DNA of 64,000 nt from Candidatus Latescibacterota bacterium. GTDB taxonomy: Bacteria > Latescibacterota > UBA2968 > UBA8231. The notes below the pieces were generated by a model. That model was not told the DNA's origin. It saw nothing but the letters and a program-made list of their open reading frames with translations, and did not search any database. The DNA lies in the NCBI GenBank assembly GCA_965208105.1, contig OZ242318.1, forward strand, positions 3,104,001 to 3,168,000. The letters are read 5' to 3'. Positions within the stretch are counted from its first letter, which is position 1; the number at the start of each line of letters is the position of its first letter. The translations under genes and the position numbers were made by a program. This document shows, in pieces, positions 1 to 10,432 of this stretch.

Positions 1-194
1 TTCCGGGGACCCCTCAGCATATGGCGCTGACGTGGATGAGATTCCTTTGAATGTGGCTGCGAACCAGGGAGGATTGGAGAATCATCCCGCAGTTCTGGAG
101 GGGTTGGCGGTTTCCTGCTCCAGGGCGGAGGAAGGGGAATGGCCGCCAATTTCTCCAGCCCTTTCTGCAGGCAGTGCCGGACCTGCTGACAGGA

Positions 195-506
195 TCAGGA
201 TTTCTTTCTCTGGCCTCTAATGGCCTCGATCTTCCCGTCGCGCTCGGCGAAGATCTGCTCTCGCATCCGCCTGATTTCGTCCTGGGACTGGCTTCGGCGC
301 TCGGCAAATGTCTGGGGATCGACCCCGCGGGCCAGCTCTTCGAGTTTGCCTTTCAGCCCGATTTCCTGTTCCGCCCACTTGGCTTCGTATTGTTTCTTGA
401 CTTCGTCGATGGCCTGTATCTGCTCTGGGGTCAGCTTGACATAATCTTCGTCTTCCCCGACCATATCGTCAGCCTTTTCCATAGCCAGTTCGAGCGCGGA
501 TTTCAT
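195..506 (-). CDS. conserved hypothetical protein (helical, 103 aa)
   Basis: ATG preceded by AGGAGG RBS; natural-looking charged helical sequence MKSALELAMEK. Confidence 0.75.
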   Translation of the reverse strand: MKSALELAMEKADDMVGEDEDYVKLTPEQIQAIDEVKKQYEAKWAEQEIGLKGKLEELARGVDPQTFAERRSQSQDEIRRMREQIFAERDGKIEAIRGQRKKS

Positions 507-763
507 GCGACCTCCTGATTATTTGCAGTAGCTTGCCACAACATGTCTCGATCTTGGAGGAATCGGGGCCCAGGTCGGCTTATGGTTGCCCGGGGATGTT
601 CGCCTGAATTTCCTCTGGATGAAAAAGATATGGAACAGGGCGAGTTCGAGCAAAGACTGGCTTGTTGGATCGGGAGAATCTACAACCGCCGGTAAAGCGA
701 GACGCAATAATAAATTTCTTCCATGTCGACGATTGGCTGAGTTTTCGAGAAGGAGTGATCCAA

Positions 764-1210
764 ATGGCGAAGCAGTGGAGGATCTACCTGGGAGGAGAGA
801 TACACAGCGACTGGCGCCAGAAAATCATCGCGGGAGCGAGGAAGGGGCGGTTGCCCATCAGTTTCTCATCCCCGGTCACCGACCACGGGGCCAGCGATGG
901 CTGCGGAGTCGAAATCCTGGGACCCGAGGACCAGTCCTTCTGGAGAGATCACAAGGGCGCCAAGATCAACGCCATCCGTACCCGCACCATGATTGGCGAT
1001 GCCGATATTGTCATCGTGCGCTTCGGCGAGGAGTTCAAGCAGTGGAACGCTGCCTTCGATGCTGGTTTTGCCGCTGCTCTGGGCAAGCCGCTCATAATTC
1101 TCCACCCCCCAAACCTCACCCATCCCCTGAAAGAAGTGGACAGTGCCGCCATGGCCGTAGCCCAAGAGCCCGAGCAGGTCGTGGAAGTTTTGCGCTACGT
1201 CACAACCTGA
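764..1210 (+). CDS. ytoQ: YtoQ family protein (nucleoside 2-deoxyribosyltransferase-like)
   Basis: IYLGGEIHSDWR, PVTDH..SD, RTRTMI..ADIVIVRFGEEFKQWNAAFDAG motifs; AAGGAG RBS before ATG 764. Confidence 0.9.
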   Translation: MAKQWRIYLGGEIHSDWRQKIIAGARKGRLPISFSSPVTDHGASDGCGVEILGPEDQSFWRDHKGAKINAIRTRTMIGDADIVIVRFGEEFKQWNAAFDAGFAAALGKPLIILHPPNLTHPLKEVDSAAMAVAQEPEQVVEVLRYVTT

Positions 1211-1228
1211 GGGCTTGTCACCCACCGG

Positions 1229-1396
1229 CTAGTGTCGCGTCGCAGAGATAGGTTGACGAAATTGGGCCCCCGAGGCGGCAGGCTCACAAGGCGCCTGAGC
1301 GAGTCGTACCAGTAGTGTACGGCGAGTGAAGGCAACGCCGTGAGCCGGAATGGATCGGCGGAATAATGGCGACATATTTCCGGGACGCGACACTAG
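1229..1396. mobile_element. MITE-like element, 168 bp
   Basis: Perfect 13-bp terminal inverted repeats CTAGTGTCGCGTC (1229-1241) / GACGCGACACTAG (1384-1396); nested internal inverted repeats; lies between convergent genes. Confidence 0.7.
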
Positions 1397-1425
1397 CAGC
1401 CCGGATGGACTATTTCAACGGGCTG

Positions 1426-3951
1426 CTACTCCCCGGTCGTCTGACCGAATACATCGGCAAAGCGAAAGAAGTCCCCCAGGTCCACTACCCCGTTGTCATC
1501 CAGGTCAAAAGGCTCAAGCCGCCCTTCGGCGCTTTGCCCGAAGGCATCGGCGAAGCGAAAGAAATCTTCGAAGTCCACCACCCCGCTGCCGTCGAAATCG
1601 GCGCGTTGAATCAGAATCCGCAAGTCGGACCCGACACCGGAGGTGACGACCGTGGGTCTGCCAGGGCGCGAATCTCCCTCCTGAACTACCTGCAGGCTGA
1701 GGATGCCCTCGCCGGCAAGATCCAGGGTCAAGGCTCCAAACTCGGAGCTCGAATCGAGCAGTGATCCCTCGAAGCTGAGGGTCTCTACCCTCCCATTTAG
1801 CGGAATGGAAAGCTGGTACCCAGCGTCGGGGCCCCGTACAAATCCTTCGACTCCCCCGGAGAGGGTTTCCAGACTGACGTCCACTGGGTCTGATGCAGCG
1901 AAGACTATGTCCGTCCCATCCAGAAGAAAGCTGCCGTTCTGTACGTTGAACGACCTCAAATCTTCCTCGTCGAATCGAACGAAGCAAAAGTTCCCGTCGC
2001 TGCTCAAGGCGCCGAACGGTCCCGCCAATTCTACGGTGTCCACCGAGGTTGCCGACACCCAGGCAAGATCCGACGTCCCCCCCCGATCTATCTGCACAGT
2101 CTGTCCGCCTTTGCCTCCAGGGCTTGTGAAGACCGGTTCGATTTCGTCCAGGGCACGGGGATAGAGGACCGCCAGGAACTCTGCATCTTCACCGGTCTGC
2201 TGAACTCGCAGCAGGGTATGGGTCGATTCTTCAAGATAATCGAAGGAGTGGAGGGTATCCCTCTCGCTGAAGGTGTAGTCCTTGGTCGCGGACAGGTAGG
2301 CCAGGAGTTCGGCCCGGGGCCGGGTCCATCGCGCCAAATTGCCGGATCGCGTGTAAGAGCCACCGCTGGATCCTCCTCCGTTTCCGTGCAGGCGCCATTC
2401 GTAGAGGTGGCCGGAGGCGTCCCTCAGCTCGTCGGCGATGATAAAGTAGTCCTTGTAGGCAAACATGACGTGCCGCCGCACGTCGACGTTCTGATATTCA
2501 GCCCTGACTTCCGCGTAGTCCATGAAGGAGCTGTTGAAGTACTCCTCTATGTAGGCGTTGTTGCCCCCGCCAATAGCCTGGCCAAGGAGAGGTTCGACAT
2601 GGAGAGGAGGACCTCTGCCATCCACCAGCACTACGTTGTGGTTGCGGCCCTGGTTTACTTTGTGGTGGTTCTCGAAGTTGATGTAACCTGCATCCAGGGC
2701 CAGCATCTCACCGCCGGAGTGGATGATGAAGCTGGTTTCGTCCGGGTGCTCGTGGCTGAATCCCCGGTTGCGGGACTTTCCGTGTTCGCCGCGCAGCAGC
2801 ATGTAGGTGGCAGTGGCCGACCAGTCGCTGCGAAAGGCCGCGTCACCGGCTCCGGGCATGAAAATCGTGGGACCGCGCCGGGGTTCCCGGGGTGAGATGC
2901 CGTCGTCGTAGAAGGCAATGGCGTCGGCTTCCGAGAACTCGCGAACGTAAAGTCCATTTGAATTGTTTTCCCAGTCCCAAAGATGCACGGGGCCGTCATC
3001 GTCCACTGCTGCCAGGTAATGGCCGTAAAAATCGTCGATATGCCCATCGTCGATGTTGGGCCTGCGGCCGTTGGGGAGACGGATGTTCACCGACCAGTCA
3101 TGCATCTTTCGAACCCTGGTGTCGTTGAAGAAATCGATACCTTGGAGATTCTTCAAAGCGAACATGTAGGGCAGGTACACGTCTGCGGCGTAGCGGGCGT
3201 AGAATGGCCCTTCGGCATATCCGCCGTCAGTCTCCTCAATCTGGAATGTCAGGGTGCTGTCTACCCATGTGAATGCCTGGTCGGCCCAGTCCTGAGGTGA
3301 TTTGCCGCCGATGCCCGGGTGGTCCGCCAGAACCAGGGCGGCCATGCCCAGGCCGCTGTAGGCGCGCAGGTGCCAGTTGTTGTAGAGGCCGGTCTCGTGC
3401 AGTCTGAGCTTGAGGGTGGTAAATCCCAGGTTGACTTCCTGGATTACGATTCCCTTGCGCAGGCGCTCGGCCTCTTCGGCCAGGATTGTGCGAATCTCCT
3501 CGAGGGAGTTGGGATCATTCTGCACGAAGTTGTGGATCATGTCATAGGCCTGGGCATAGAACCCCACGATCTCACCCTCGTTGTGGGGCTGACCCAAATC
3601 TCCACCCCGCGGGGGGAACTTCACGTCCTTCAAAAGTTCGACCGCCCGGTCGGCAAAGGCCCTGTCGTCCGTCATCAGGTAGGCAAAGGCCAGGCTCTTG
3701 GCGTAGCGAGCCTTGGAACGCTCCACGGCAAGAGTCGCGGGGGTGGACTGTGCTCGTTGCAGCACTATCTGCCACCAGTCGGAGTAAGGCGAGCGCTGTA
3801 TACGTTCCCTGAGTAGTGGTACCTGCTCGGCGGTGAAAAGCAGGCCTGGATGCCGCTCCGGCGGCAATGTCTGTGCCGTTGCTTGCCGCGAAATTCCAGC
3901 AAGGGCCAGGAGGACGACAATTCCCGTTCTGACGACCGTCGCGATCTTCAC
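1426..3951 (-). CDS. secreted heparinase II/III-like polysaccharide lyase with C-terminal EF-hand/dockerin-like tail
   Basis: Signal peptide; HPGLLF start, NNW, DGGYAEGPFY, H-E-H-P-D-x-T-S-F, HNVVLVDG motifs; tail DFDGSGVVDFEDFFRFADAFG/DLDDNGVVDLGDFFRFADVFG; probable GTG start at 3951 after GAGGAG. Confidence 0.8.
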   Translation of the reverse strand: MKIATVVRTGIVVLLALAGISRQATAQTLPPERHPGLLFTAEQVPLLRERIQRSPYSDWWQIVLQRAQSTPATLAVERSKARYAKSLAFAYLMTDDRAFADRAVELLKDVKFPPRGGDLGQPHNEGEIVGFYAQAYDMIHNFVQNDPNSLEEIRTILAEEAERLRKGIVIQEVNLGFTTLKLRLHETGLYNNWHLRAYSGLGMAALVLADHPGIGGKSPQDWADQAFTWVDSTLTFQIEETDGGYAEGPFYARYAADVYLPYMFALKNLQGIDFFNDTRVRKMHDWSVNIRLPNGRRPNIDDGHIDDFYGHYLAAVDDDGPVHLWDWENNSNGLYVREFSEADAIAFYDDGISPREPRRGPTIFMPGAGDAAFRSDWSATATYMLLRGEHGKSRNRGFSHEHPDETSFIIHSGGEMLALDAGYINFENHHKVNQGRNHNVVLVDGRGPPLHVEPLLGQAIGGGNNAYIEEYFNSSFMDYAEVRAEYQNVDVRRHVMFAYKDYFIIADELRDASGHLYEWRLHGNGGGSSGGSYTRSGNLARWTRPRAELLAYLSATKDYTFSERDTLHSFDYLEESTHTLLRVQQTGEDAEFLAVLYPRALDEIEPVFTSPGGKGGQTVQIDRGGTSDLAWVSATSVDTVELAGPFGALSSDGNFCFVRFDEEDLRSFNVQNGSFLLDGTDIVFAASDPVDVSLETLSGGVEGFVRGPDAGYQLSIPLNGRVETLSFEGSLLDSSSEFGALTLDLAGEGILSLQVVQEGDSRPGRPTVVTSGVGSDLRILIQRADFDGSGVVDFEDFFRFADAFGQSAEGRLEPFDLDDNGVVDLGDFFRFADVFGQTTGE

Positions 3952-3987
3952 AGGATCACTCCTCAAATTAGTAAAGGGAGGGTTCTC

Positions 3988-4656
3988 TTACTTGAACCAT
4001 CTGCGCAGGTTGAATCCCCAGTGGAGGCCGGCAAACATGTATTCATTTCCAGCGGAGATCTTTATGCCGATCGCACGTCCGGCGCGGGAGTCGAAGTATA
4101 TGCCGAAGGTGCCGTAGGGAGTCCGAGGATTGAAAAGGCGATATCCGAGACCAGCGAAGAGTTTTCCCGGGTGATCCCCTATCCAAAGGCTCTCGATCAG
4201 AATGTAGCTCAGGTCCGCGTTGGCGGATCCCCGCACATCAGTACCGCCGGCACAGCGGAAATCCGCTACGAAAAATCCACTCTGAGAGTCCACGCATACG
4301 CGCCGTCCCCCTCCGATGTAAATACTCTCGAAGCGCGAGTCCTTGTTCTTTCCCTGGGTCAGGCCGATGTCCAGCAAGCTCGCGGTTGCGATCAACCGGT
4401 AGGGAGCCAGAATCGCGGTCAGACCCATGGGGATTCCGGCTCCGGAACCCTTCTCCAAACCGACGACTCCCAAACCCACGGAGCCGTAGATTGCGTGGGA
4501 GCTTCCTCGCGTGGCTTCTCCTCCTATCTCCTGCCCTCGAACATCATCTGCCCGGGCGAGCCCGATGCAGGAGATCAAAAACAGGCTCATGCCAATCCGC
4601 CATGAGCTGCCGAATCCAGCCGTGTGCCGCCGCCGCGCAGGCGAGGTCAACCGCAT
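3988..4656 (-). CDS. hypothetical exported/outer-membrane beta-barrel-like protein
   Basis: Signal-like N-terminus, Gly/aromatic-rich beta strands; start uncertain. Confidence 0.6.
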   Translation of the reverse strand: MRLTSPARRRHTAGFGSSWRIGMSLFLISCIGLARADDVRGQEIGGEATRGSSHAIYGSVGLGVVGLEKGSGAGIPMGLTAILAPYRLIATASLLDIGLTQGKNKDSRFESIYIGGGRRVCVDSQSGFFVADFRCAGGTDVRGSANADLSYILIESLWIGDHPGKLFAGLGYRLFNPRTPYGTFGIYFDSRAGRAIGIKISAGNEYMFAGLHWGFNLRRWFK

Positions 4657-4961
4657 CACTCGACATTCCCGCCGGAAACCTGAATGGGGTCGGCTCGCAT
4701 GGCGAGATCTGCTTGTCGGAGAACAGGCTCTTCTGATTTCCTTTTCAACCTCCGGTCTTCTCCCGTTCGCTTCAAAGTCAAAGAGAGGGTCTGCCATTCT
4801 ATGCTGTTTGGGGAAATTCCCTGGCGCAATCCGGGAAAATTTAGACATTGCCGTCCCGTGCTACAAGAAAGCCATCCCTCCAGCCATGCCGGAAAATCCG
4901 CGGTCGCCAGTTCAGAATCCTGCGGTATCCAGTTTCCGGGCCCAGGGAAGGCAGTGCTGCC

Positions 4962-4990
4962 TTGACAAAATTTGACCGCAAAAGTAGATT
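4962..4990 (+). promoter_or_regulatory. sigma-70 promoter of folE2
   Basis: TTGACA-N17-TAGATT about 40 bp upstream of ATG 5033. Confidence 0.65.
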
Positions 4991-5032
4991 GAATTTCAAC
5001 CGACCCCCCCAGTTATTCTTCAAAAGAACTCC

Positions 5033-5875
5033 ATGCTACCGGATATTCAGAGCAGCTCCGACCCACGCGGAATCGACCTAGACCAGGTCGGCGTTTCAAA
5101 TGTGCGCTACCCCCTGCTCCTGCCCTTGCGCAGCGGCGGCGAATTCAGCACCGTGGCAGATCTGTCGATGGCGGTGCACCTTACCCATGATCGCAAGGGT
5201 GTGCACATGTCTCGTTTCATGATAGCGCTCAACGAGCAGAATCAGCACTTCAGACCTGACAGCGTGCACCTGGTGTTGCAGGAACTTCTCGATCTTCTCA
5301 ATGCCGAAGAGGCCTTTCTAGACATGGCCTTTCCCATTTTTCTCAGGCGAGAGGCGCCCGTCACTTCCAATGCCGGATTGCTCGACTATGATTGTTTCTT
5401 CCGCGCCATGATGTCGAAAGACGGGGTCCACGACAAAATTGTGGGGGTGCGGGTCAATGCCGCCAGTTGCTGTCCCTGCAGCAAGGAAATCAGCGCCTAC
5501 GGCGCACATAACCAGCGCTCCGAGATCACACTCAGCGCGAGGCCCGGACCCGACGAATTCGTCTGGTTCGAGGATCTCATCGACATCGCCGAAAGCAGTG
5601 CTTCCTGCCAGCTCTACCCCATTCTCAAGCGCCCGGACGAGAAGATCGTCACCGAGCGCGCCTACGAAAATCCGAAGTTCGTCGAGGACATCGTAAGGGA
5701 CATTTCGGCTGAGCTCATCGGATCGCTCGACCGGGGAAAAATTGCCTGGTTCAGCGTTTCAAGCGTCAATCACGAAAGTATTCATACCCACAACGCCTTT
5801 GCCAAGGTTGAGCGCGGCGTGCGCGGTCCGCTGATCAGTGCCCGGGACTCCGCCGCCGAAGAAGCGCTCATCTGA
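5033..5875 (+). CDS. folE2: GTP cyclohydrolase FolE2
   Basis: PDIQ, QVGV, KGVHMSRF, CPCSKEIS-YGAHNQRS, LKRPDEK, AYENPKFVEDIVR, ESIHTHNAFA motifs. Confidence 0.95.
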   Translation: MLPDIQSSSDPRGIDLDQVGVSNVRYPLLLPLRSGGEFSTVADLSMAVHLTHDRKGVHMSRFMIALNEQNQHFRPDSVHLVLQELLDLLNAEEAFLDMAFPIFLRREAPVTSNAGLLDYDCFFRAMMSKDGVHDKIVGVRVNAASCCPCSKEISAYGAHNQRSEITLSARPGPDEFVWFEDLIDIAESSASCQLYPILKRPDEKIVTERAYENPKFVEDIVRDISAELIGSLDRGKIAWFSVSSVNHESIHTHNAFAKVERGVRGPLISARDSAAEEALI

Positions 5876-5889
5876 CCTGTCCGGCTGCT

Positions 5890-6429
5890 TCACCTTTCCT
5901 GCAGGCGCGGCAGCAAATCCACCAGGTTGCACGGCTGATTGCGGCTGTCCAGCTGATCGCGAATCAGGCGGTCCCACGCCGTGGCGCATGCCCCCGATGA
6001 ACCAGGAAGACAGAATACAAAGGTGGCGTTGCACACTCCCGCCAGGGCGCGGGACTGGATAGTCGCGCCGCCGATCTCTTCGTAGGAAAGCACCCGGAAC
6101 ACCTCGCCGAATCCCTCTATCTCCTTGTCCAGCAGAGGCAGCACGGCCTCGGGCGTGCCGTCGCGGCCCGTCAGTCCGGTACCGCCCGTGGAGATGACCA
6201 CCTGCACCTCCTCCGAAGCACACCAGGCGGCCACAATTGCGCGGATCTGGTAGATATTGTCGGCTACGATGCGCTTTTCGCTGAGTTTGTGGCCTGCTTC
6301 CCGCAGGCGGTCGACCAGAAGTTTGCCCGAAGTATCGGTCTCTTCGGTGCGCGAATCGGAGATGGTAAGGATGGATACAGCCAGGGGAACAACGGACTTT
6401 TTCTGTCCAGAAGATGCGGATGCGGACAT
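5890..6429 (-). CDS. moaB: molybdenum cofactor biosynthesis protein B
   Basis: LTISDSR, DTSG, TGGTGLTGRDGTPEA, GFGE, QSRA, LPGSSGAC, LD..PCN motifs; AGGAG RBS before ATG 6429. Confidence 0.93.
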   Translation of the reverse strand: MSASASSGQKKSVVPLAVSILTISDSRTEETDTSGKLLVDRLREAGHKLSEKRIVADNIYQIRAIVAAWCASEEVQVVISTGGTGLTGRDGTPEAVLPLLDKEIEGFGEVFRVLSYEEIGGATIQSRALAGVCNATFVFCLPGSSGACATAWDRLIRDQLDSRNQPCNLVDLLPRLQER

Positions 6430-6535
6430 GGGAGACTCCTGCATGGAAAGGGTTGAAGATGGGTGCGACCCTGATGGTCCTGAAGAAAAAGTTCTCACCG
6501 GAGGGCCGGCTGGGGAGAGGGTTTTAGTGCAGCTC

Positions 6536-7354
6536 TCACCGCAATTCGATCTCGAAGAGCTTGGGCCACCGCTTGCCGGTGACAAATAGTCGTTCGTTCC
6601 GAAGGTCGTAGGCGATTCCGTTGAGAACATCGGCCGGACCGCCCCCTTCTTCCGCGGTCAGCAGTCCCTGCAGGTCTATCCAGCCCAGCACCCTGCCGCT
6701 GGCCGGATCGATGCGGGCGATGCGGTCGGTCCTCCAGATGTTGGCGTAGATTTCACCTTCGACATATTCCAGCTCGTTGAGCCGGACCACCGGTCCTTCG
6801 TCGTCGCGCACGGAAACCCGGCCGGTCTCGGCAAAGCTCTCGGGGTCCAGAAAGTAAAGGGTGGAGGTGCCGTCACTCATGATCAGACGACGGCCGTCGT
6901 GGGTCAGGCCCCAGCCTTCGGTCGAGTAGCTGAATTCTTCCACAAGTTCAAAGCTTCTCCTGTCGTACACAAAGCCAACCTTCGATCTCCAGGTCAACTG
7001 TAATATCCTGTCCTGCCATACTGTCACGCCCTCTCCAAAGAATTGCCGGGGGAGTTCCCTGCGCTTCAGGACCACTCCACTTTCCAGTTCCACGCAACGC
7101 AGGGAAGACTGGCCGTGCAAACCGGTTCCTTCGTACAAAACTCCATCCGCGTAGACCAGTCCCTGGGTAAATGCGCCAGTATCATGGGGAAAGGTATTTA
7201 CGATCCGGTAAGTCTGCACGGGGATGAGCTGCGAACCGGGGAGTGGGGCTTCGTCGGCCATGGTGGACCGGCCGGCTTCCGGGGAAGAGGCGCAGGCAAG
7301 CCCGCCGGCAGCCGGGGCGAGACAGAGAAGGAGCAGAGTGCAACGGCAGGTCAT
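6536..7354 (-). CDS. glutaminyl-peptide cyclotransferase (type I QC), exported
   Basis: FPHD..AFTQGL, YEGTG, FGEG, EGWGL, SDGT, LNELE, DVLNGIA, TGKRWP motifs. Confidence 0.93.
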   Translation of the reverse strand: MTCRCTLLLLCLAPAAGGLACASSPEAGRSTMADEAPLPGSQLIPVQTYRIVNTFPHDTGAFTQGLVYADGVLYEGTGLHGQSSLRCVELESGVVLKRRELPRQFFGEGVTVWQDRILQLTWRSKVGFVYDRRSFELVEEFSYSTEGWGLTHDGRRLIMSDGTSTLYFLDPESFAETGRVSVRDDEGPVVRLNELEYVEGEIYANIWRTDRIARIDPASGRVLGWIDLQGLLTAEEGGGPADVLNGIAYDLRNERLFVTGKRWPKLFEIELR

Positions 7355-7639
7355 TGCACCAACTTCCGGGTCTGGTGAATTCTACCAGAAGCAAAGAATG
7401 TCCACATGCGAACCATAACCTGAATCTAACCCTCGCCGTCAGTATAGGCTACCAAATCGATACGGTCAAAAGGCATCTTGCTGCTTTCGCCGGGGGGACG
7501 ATGTGCGCCAAAAGGCCTGCAGCCTATGCTGCACCTGGAGAAATTACCGGTGCCCCAAGGCGGCCAGGTGCAATTCGCAGGTCCTTACCAGAGCATGCTG
7601 GACTACCACAAAGATGGCTGCCTGGCTACATTCTAGGAC

Positions 7640-9388
7640 GTGAAGCGGTCCGCTGCCATATGCTTTTTCCTCTGTGTTTTGACGGCCTTGCCGGCGCGGG
7701 CAAAGACCCTCATCGAACAGGACTGGGAGGCTGGAGTCCTGGACTTCGAGACGGCTCTGCTCTACCAGTTTTACTCGGTCCGCGATCCAGGGTCTCTGCC
7801 CGAGGAGTACCGCGAAACGGCACCTCACGCATTCTGCGGCACACCGGCCATCGTCGCGGTGCAGCAGGCGCGGCGCCACATGAGCCGGGAGGCCCGGGCC
7901 AAGCTGGCCAAGGCGACGCAGCGCCCGGTCCTGGAGCATTCATACGTAGCTCCATCCGGACATTTCCGCATCCACTACGAAATCGGCGACCAGCCCGGGT
8001 CGGTGGATTCCACCGACCGGGACGGCAACGGAATCCCGGACTATGTCGACACCGTGGCCGCCACCCTCGACAGTGTGTGGCGGCTCCAGGTCGAGGTCCT
8101 GGGATACGCGGCGCCGCCGTCGGATGGCGGCATGGACGGAGAGGAGTACGACGTCTATATCAGAGATTTGCCACCAAACTATGGCCTTGCATATCCAGAG
8201 CAAGATGGTCCTACCTCTCATAGCTATATTGAAATTGACAACAACTTCACCGACCCTATCTACACCCATAGTCGCGGCCTCGAGGCGCTTCAGGTTGCCG
8301 TCGCCCACGAGTTCTTCCACGCGATCCAATTCGGCTACTACCAGGGATGGGAGGGGATCTGGTGGCAGGAGGTCTCGGCCACCTGGATGGAAGACGTGGC
8401 CTATCCGGAGGTGGACGACTACCTGCAGTACCTGTCCTACTTCATGCAGCGGCCGTGGCAATCGATGGAGATTAACAGTAGGTTAGACACCCGCGTCTAC
8501 GGAGCAGCGATCTTCGCGCATTACCTCGACCAGCGCTTCAAGCGCGGTCTGATCCGCTCGATCTGGGAGGAGTTGGGCAGCGCCCGCAATGCCCGCCTGC
8601 ATAACTTCGACCGGGTTATCCGCGGGCACAATCCTGGAGGACTGAGGGCGGCGGTCAGCGAGTTTGCGGCCTGGAACTACTTTACCGGGGAACGCCACCA
8701 GGAAGGACGCTTCTACGCGGAGGGCTACAAGTATCCCGAGGTTTCATCTTTCCCCCTGCACGCCGAAGCGGGGGCGGCGGTGCAGGACAGTGGCAAGGTC
8801 GATCACCTGGGCAGCGCCTATATCCGCCTGGAACCGCAGTTGCGCCCTGGAGGACTGTCCCTGGAGATGCAGGCGGAGAAGGGGCTGTGGAGCCGGCAGC
8901 TCATCCTGATTTCTCCGGACGGGGCCCAGATACTTCCTCTGAATGGGGATGCGATCCAGGTCGCCGACTGGGACCAGTACGAGGAGATTGCCCTGGTCCT
9001 GACGGTCACCGGGCCCGAGGGGAGGGGTTACGAGTACTCGGTTTCCGCCGAGTACGATCCGAATCTCACCGAGGATGGAGTCATTCCTCTGGCCATGCGC
9101 CTGGGTCAGAATTTCCCCAATCCCTTCAGGCCGGGCATCCATGCCAGGACGATCATTCCCTTCGACCTGAGCCGGGCGAGCACCGCGACCCGGCTGTCCA
9201 TCTTTTCTGTGGACGGCCGCCTGATCAGAAGCTATGATCTCGGGGGCCGGGCGCCCCGTTCCTTTGCCGATGCCGGCTGGGATGGACGCAACGAGGCTGG
9301 CAAGCTGGTTGCCTCAGGCACTTACTACTACGTCCTGGAAGCGGACGGGAATCGGATCGCCAGGATTCTGGCTCTCATCGCGGACTAG
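7640..9388 (+). CDS. secreted zinc metalloprotease (MXAN_6640-like) with C-terminal FlgD-Ig/T9SS-like domain
   Basis: Signal peptide; HFRIHY, DRDGNGIPDY, PPSDGG, AHEFFHAIQ, WW.E..ATWMED; C-terminal QNFPNPF...WDGRNEAG..VASGTYYY. Confidence 0.85.
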   Translation: MKRSAAICFFLCVLTALPARAKTLIEQDWEAGVLDFETALLYQFYSVRDPGSLPEEYRETAPHAFCGTPAIVAVQQARRHMSREARAKLAKATQRPVLEHSYVAPSGHFRIHYEIGDQPGSVDSTDRDGNGIPDYVDTVAATLDSVWRLQVEVLGYAAPPSDGGMDGEEYDVYIRDLPPNYGLAYPEQDGPTSHSYIEIDNNFTDPIYTHSRGLEALQVAVAHEFFHAIQFGYYQGWEGIWWQEVSATWMEDVAYPEVDDYLQYLSYFMQRPWQSMEINSRLDTRVYGAAIFAHYLDQRFKRGLIRSIWEELGSARNARLHNFDRVIRGHNPGGLRAAVSEFAAWNYFTGERHQEGRFYAEGYKYPEVSSFPLHAEAGAAVQDSGKVDHLGSAYIRLEPQLRPGGLSLEMQAEKGLWSRQLILISPDGAQILPLNGDAIQVADWDQYEEIALVLTVTGPEGRGYEYSVSAEYDPNLTEDGVIPLAMRLGQNFPNPFRPGIHARTIIPFDLSRASTATRLSIFSVDGRLIRSYDLGGRAPRSFADAGWDGRNEAGKLVASGTYYYVLEADGNRIARILALIAD

Positions 9389-9449
9389 TGCCTGTTGACG
9401 ATTTTCACGGGATAAACTCGTACTATCCCCCTTGTCAGCCAGGCAAAAT

Positions 9450-9498
9450 GATATCCCTTCGCGTGGGGAGCCCTCGGGTCCACACGCGAAGGGATATC
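9450..9498. terminator. long hairpin, probable bidirectional terminator
   Basis: Perfect 16-bp inverted repeat GATATCCCTTCGCGTG / CACGCGAAGGGATATC between convergent genes. Confidence 0.7.
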
Positions 9499-9515
9499 TT
9501 CTGCTTGGTGCGTTT

Positions 9516-10421
9516 CTATGCGGGGGCCTGGATGCCGAGGTTGCCGGTGCGAAAGGCCTCGGCAAGTGCCCGCGGCACCTCGGCCTCGGCCTCTTTGACC
9601 CGGGCGCTCATCTCCTCCACCAGGGCCGTCATCTCCTGCTCCCGCGCCTGGGCCATCGCCCGGCGCTCCTCCGCCTTGGCCTGGGCGATCTTCAGGTCCG
9701 CCTCCGCCTGGTCGGTCTGCAGCTTGGCCCCGATATTCTCCCCCACGTCCACGTCCGCTATGTCGATCGACAAAATCTCGAAGGCCGTGCCCGCGTCCAG
9801 GCCCTTCTCCAGCACCGTCCTCGAGATGCTGTCGGGGTTCTCCAGGACGGCCTTGTGGGTGTTGGCCGAGCCGATGGTGGTCACGATGCCTTCCCCGACG
9901 CGGGCGATGATGGTCTCCTCGCCGGCGCCTCCCACCAGGCGGTCGATGTTGGCGCGCACCGTCACCCGGCTGGTGGCCTTGACCTGGATGCCGTCCTTGG
10001 CCACGGCGGCGATCAGGGGGGTGTTGATCACCTTGGGGTTGACGCTGACCTTGACGGCTTCGAGTACGTCGCGGCCGGCCAGGTCGATGCTGGCGGCGCG
10101 CTCGAAGCTCAAATCGATGTTGGCCTTGTCGGCGGAGATGAGGGCGAGGATGACGCCCTCGACGCTGCCGCCGGCGAGGAAGTGGGCCTCCATGCGGTCG
10201 AGGTCGACTGCAAGGCCGGCCTTGGTGGCGCTGATCTTGGGCCGGACGATGGCCGCCGGGGGCACTTTGCGCAGGCGCATGCCGACCAGGTCCTTAAAGA
10301 TGTTCACGCGCACGCCGGCGAAGAAGGCGGTGATCCACAGGCCGATGGGGACGAAGTAGGTGAACAGGGCCAGAAAAAGGATGATCCCCAATAGGATCAG
10401 AAGGGGGAGGAAAGCTTGCAT
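9516..10421 (-). CDS. floA: flotillin-like protein FloA (YqfA family)
   Basis: [77 protein letters not shown] motifs. Confidence 0.93.
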   Translation of the reverse strand: MQAFLPLLILLGIILFLALFTYFVPIGLWITAFFAGVRVNIFKDLVGMRLRKVPPAAIVRPKISATKAGLAVDLDRMEAHFLAGGSVEGVILALISADKANIDLSFERAASIDLAGRDVLEAVKVSVNPKVINTPLIAAVAKDGIQVKATSRVTVRANIDRLVGGAGEETIIARVGEGIVTTIGSANTHKAVLENPDSISRTVLEKGLDAGTAFEILSIDIADVDVGENIGAKLQTDQAEADLKIAQAKAEERRAMAQAREQEMTALVEEMSARVKEAEAEVPRALAEAFRTGNLGIQAPA

Positions 10422-10432
10422 AGGAGTTCCCC

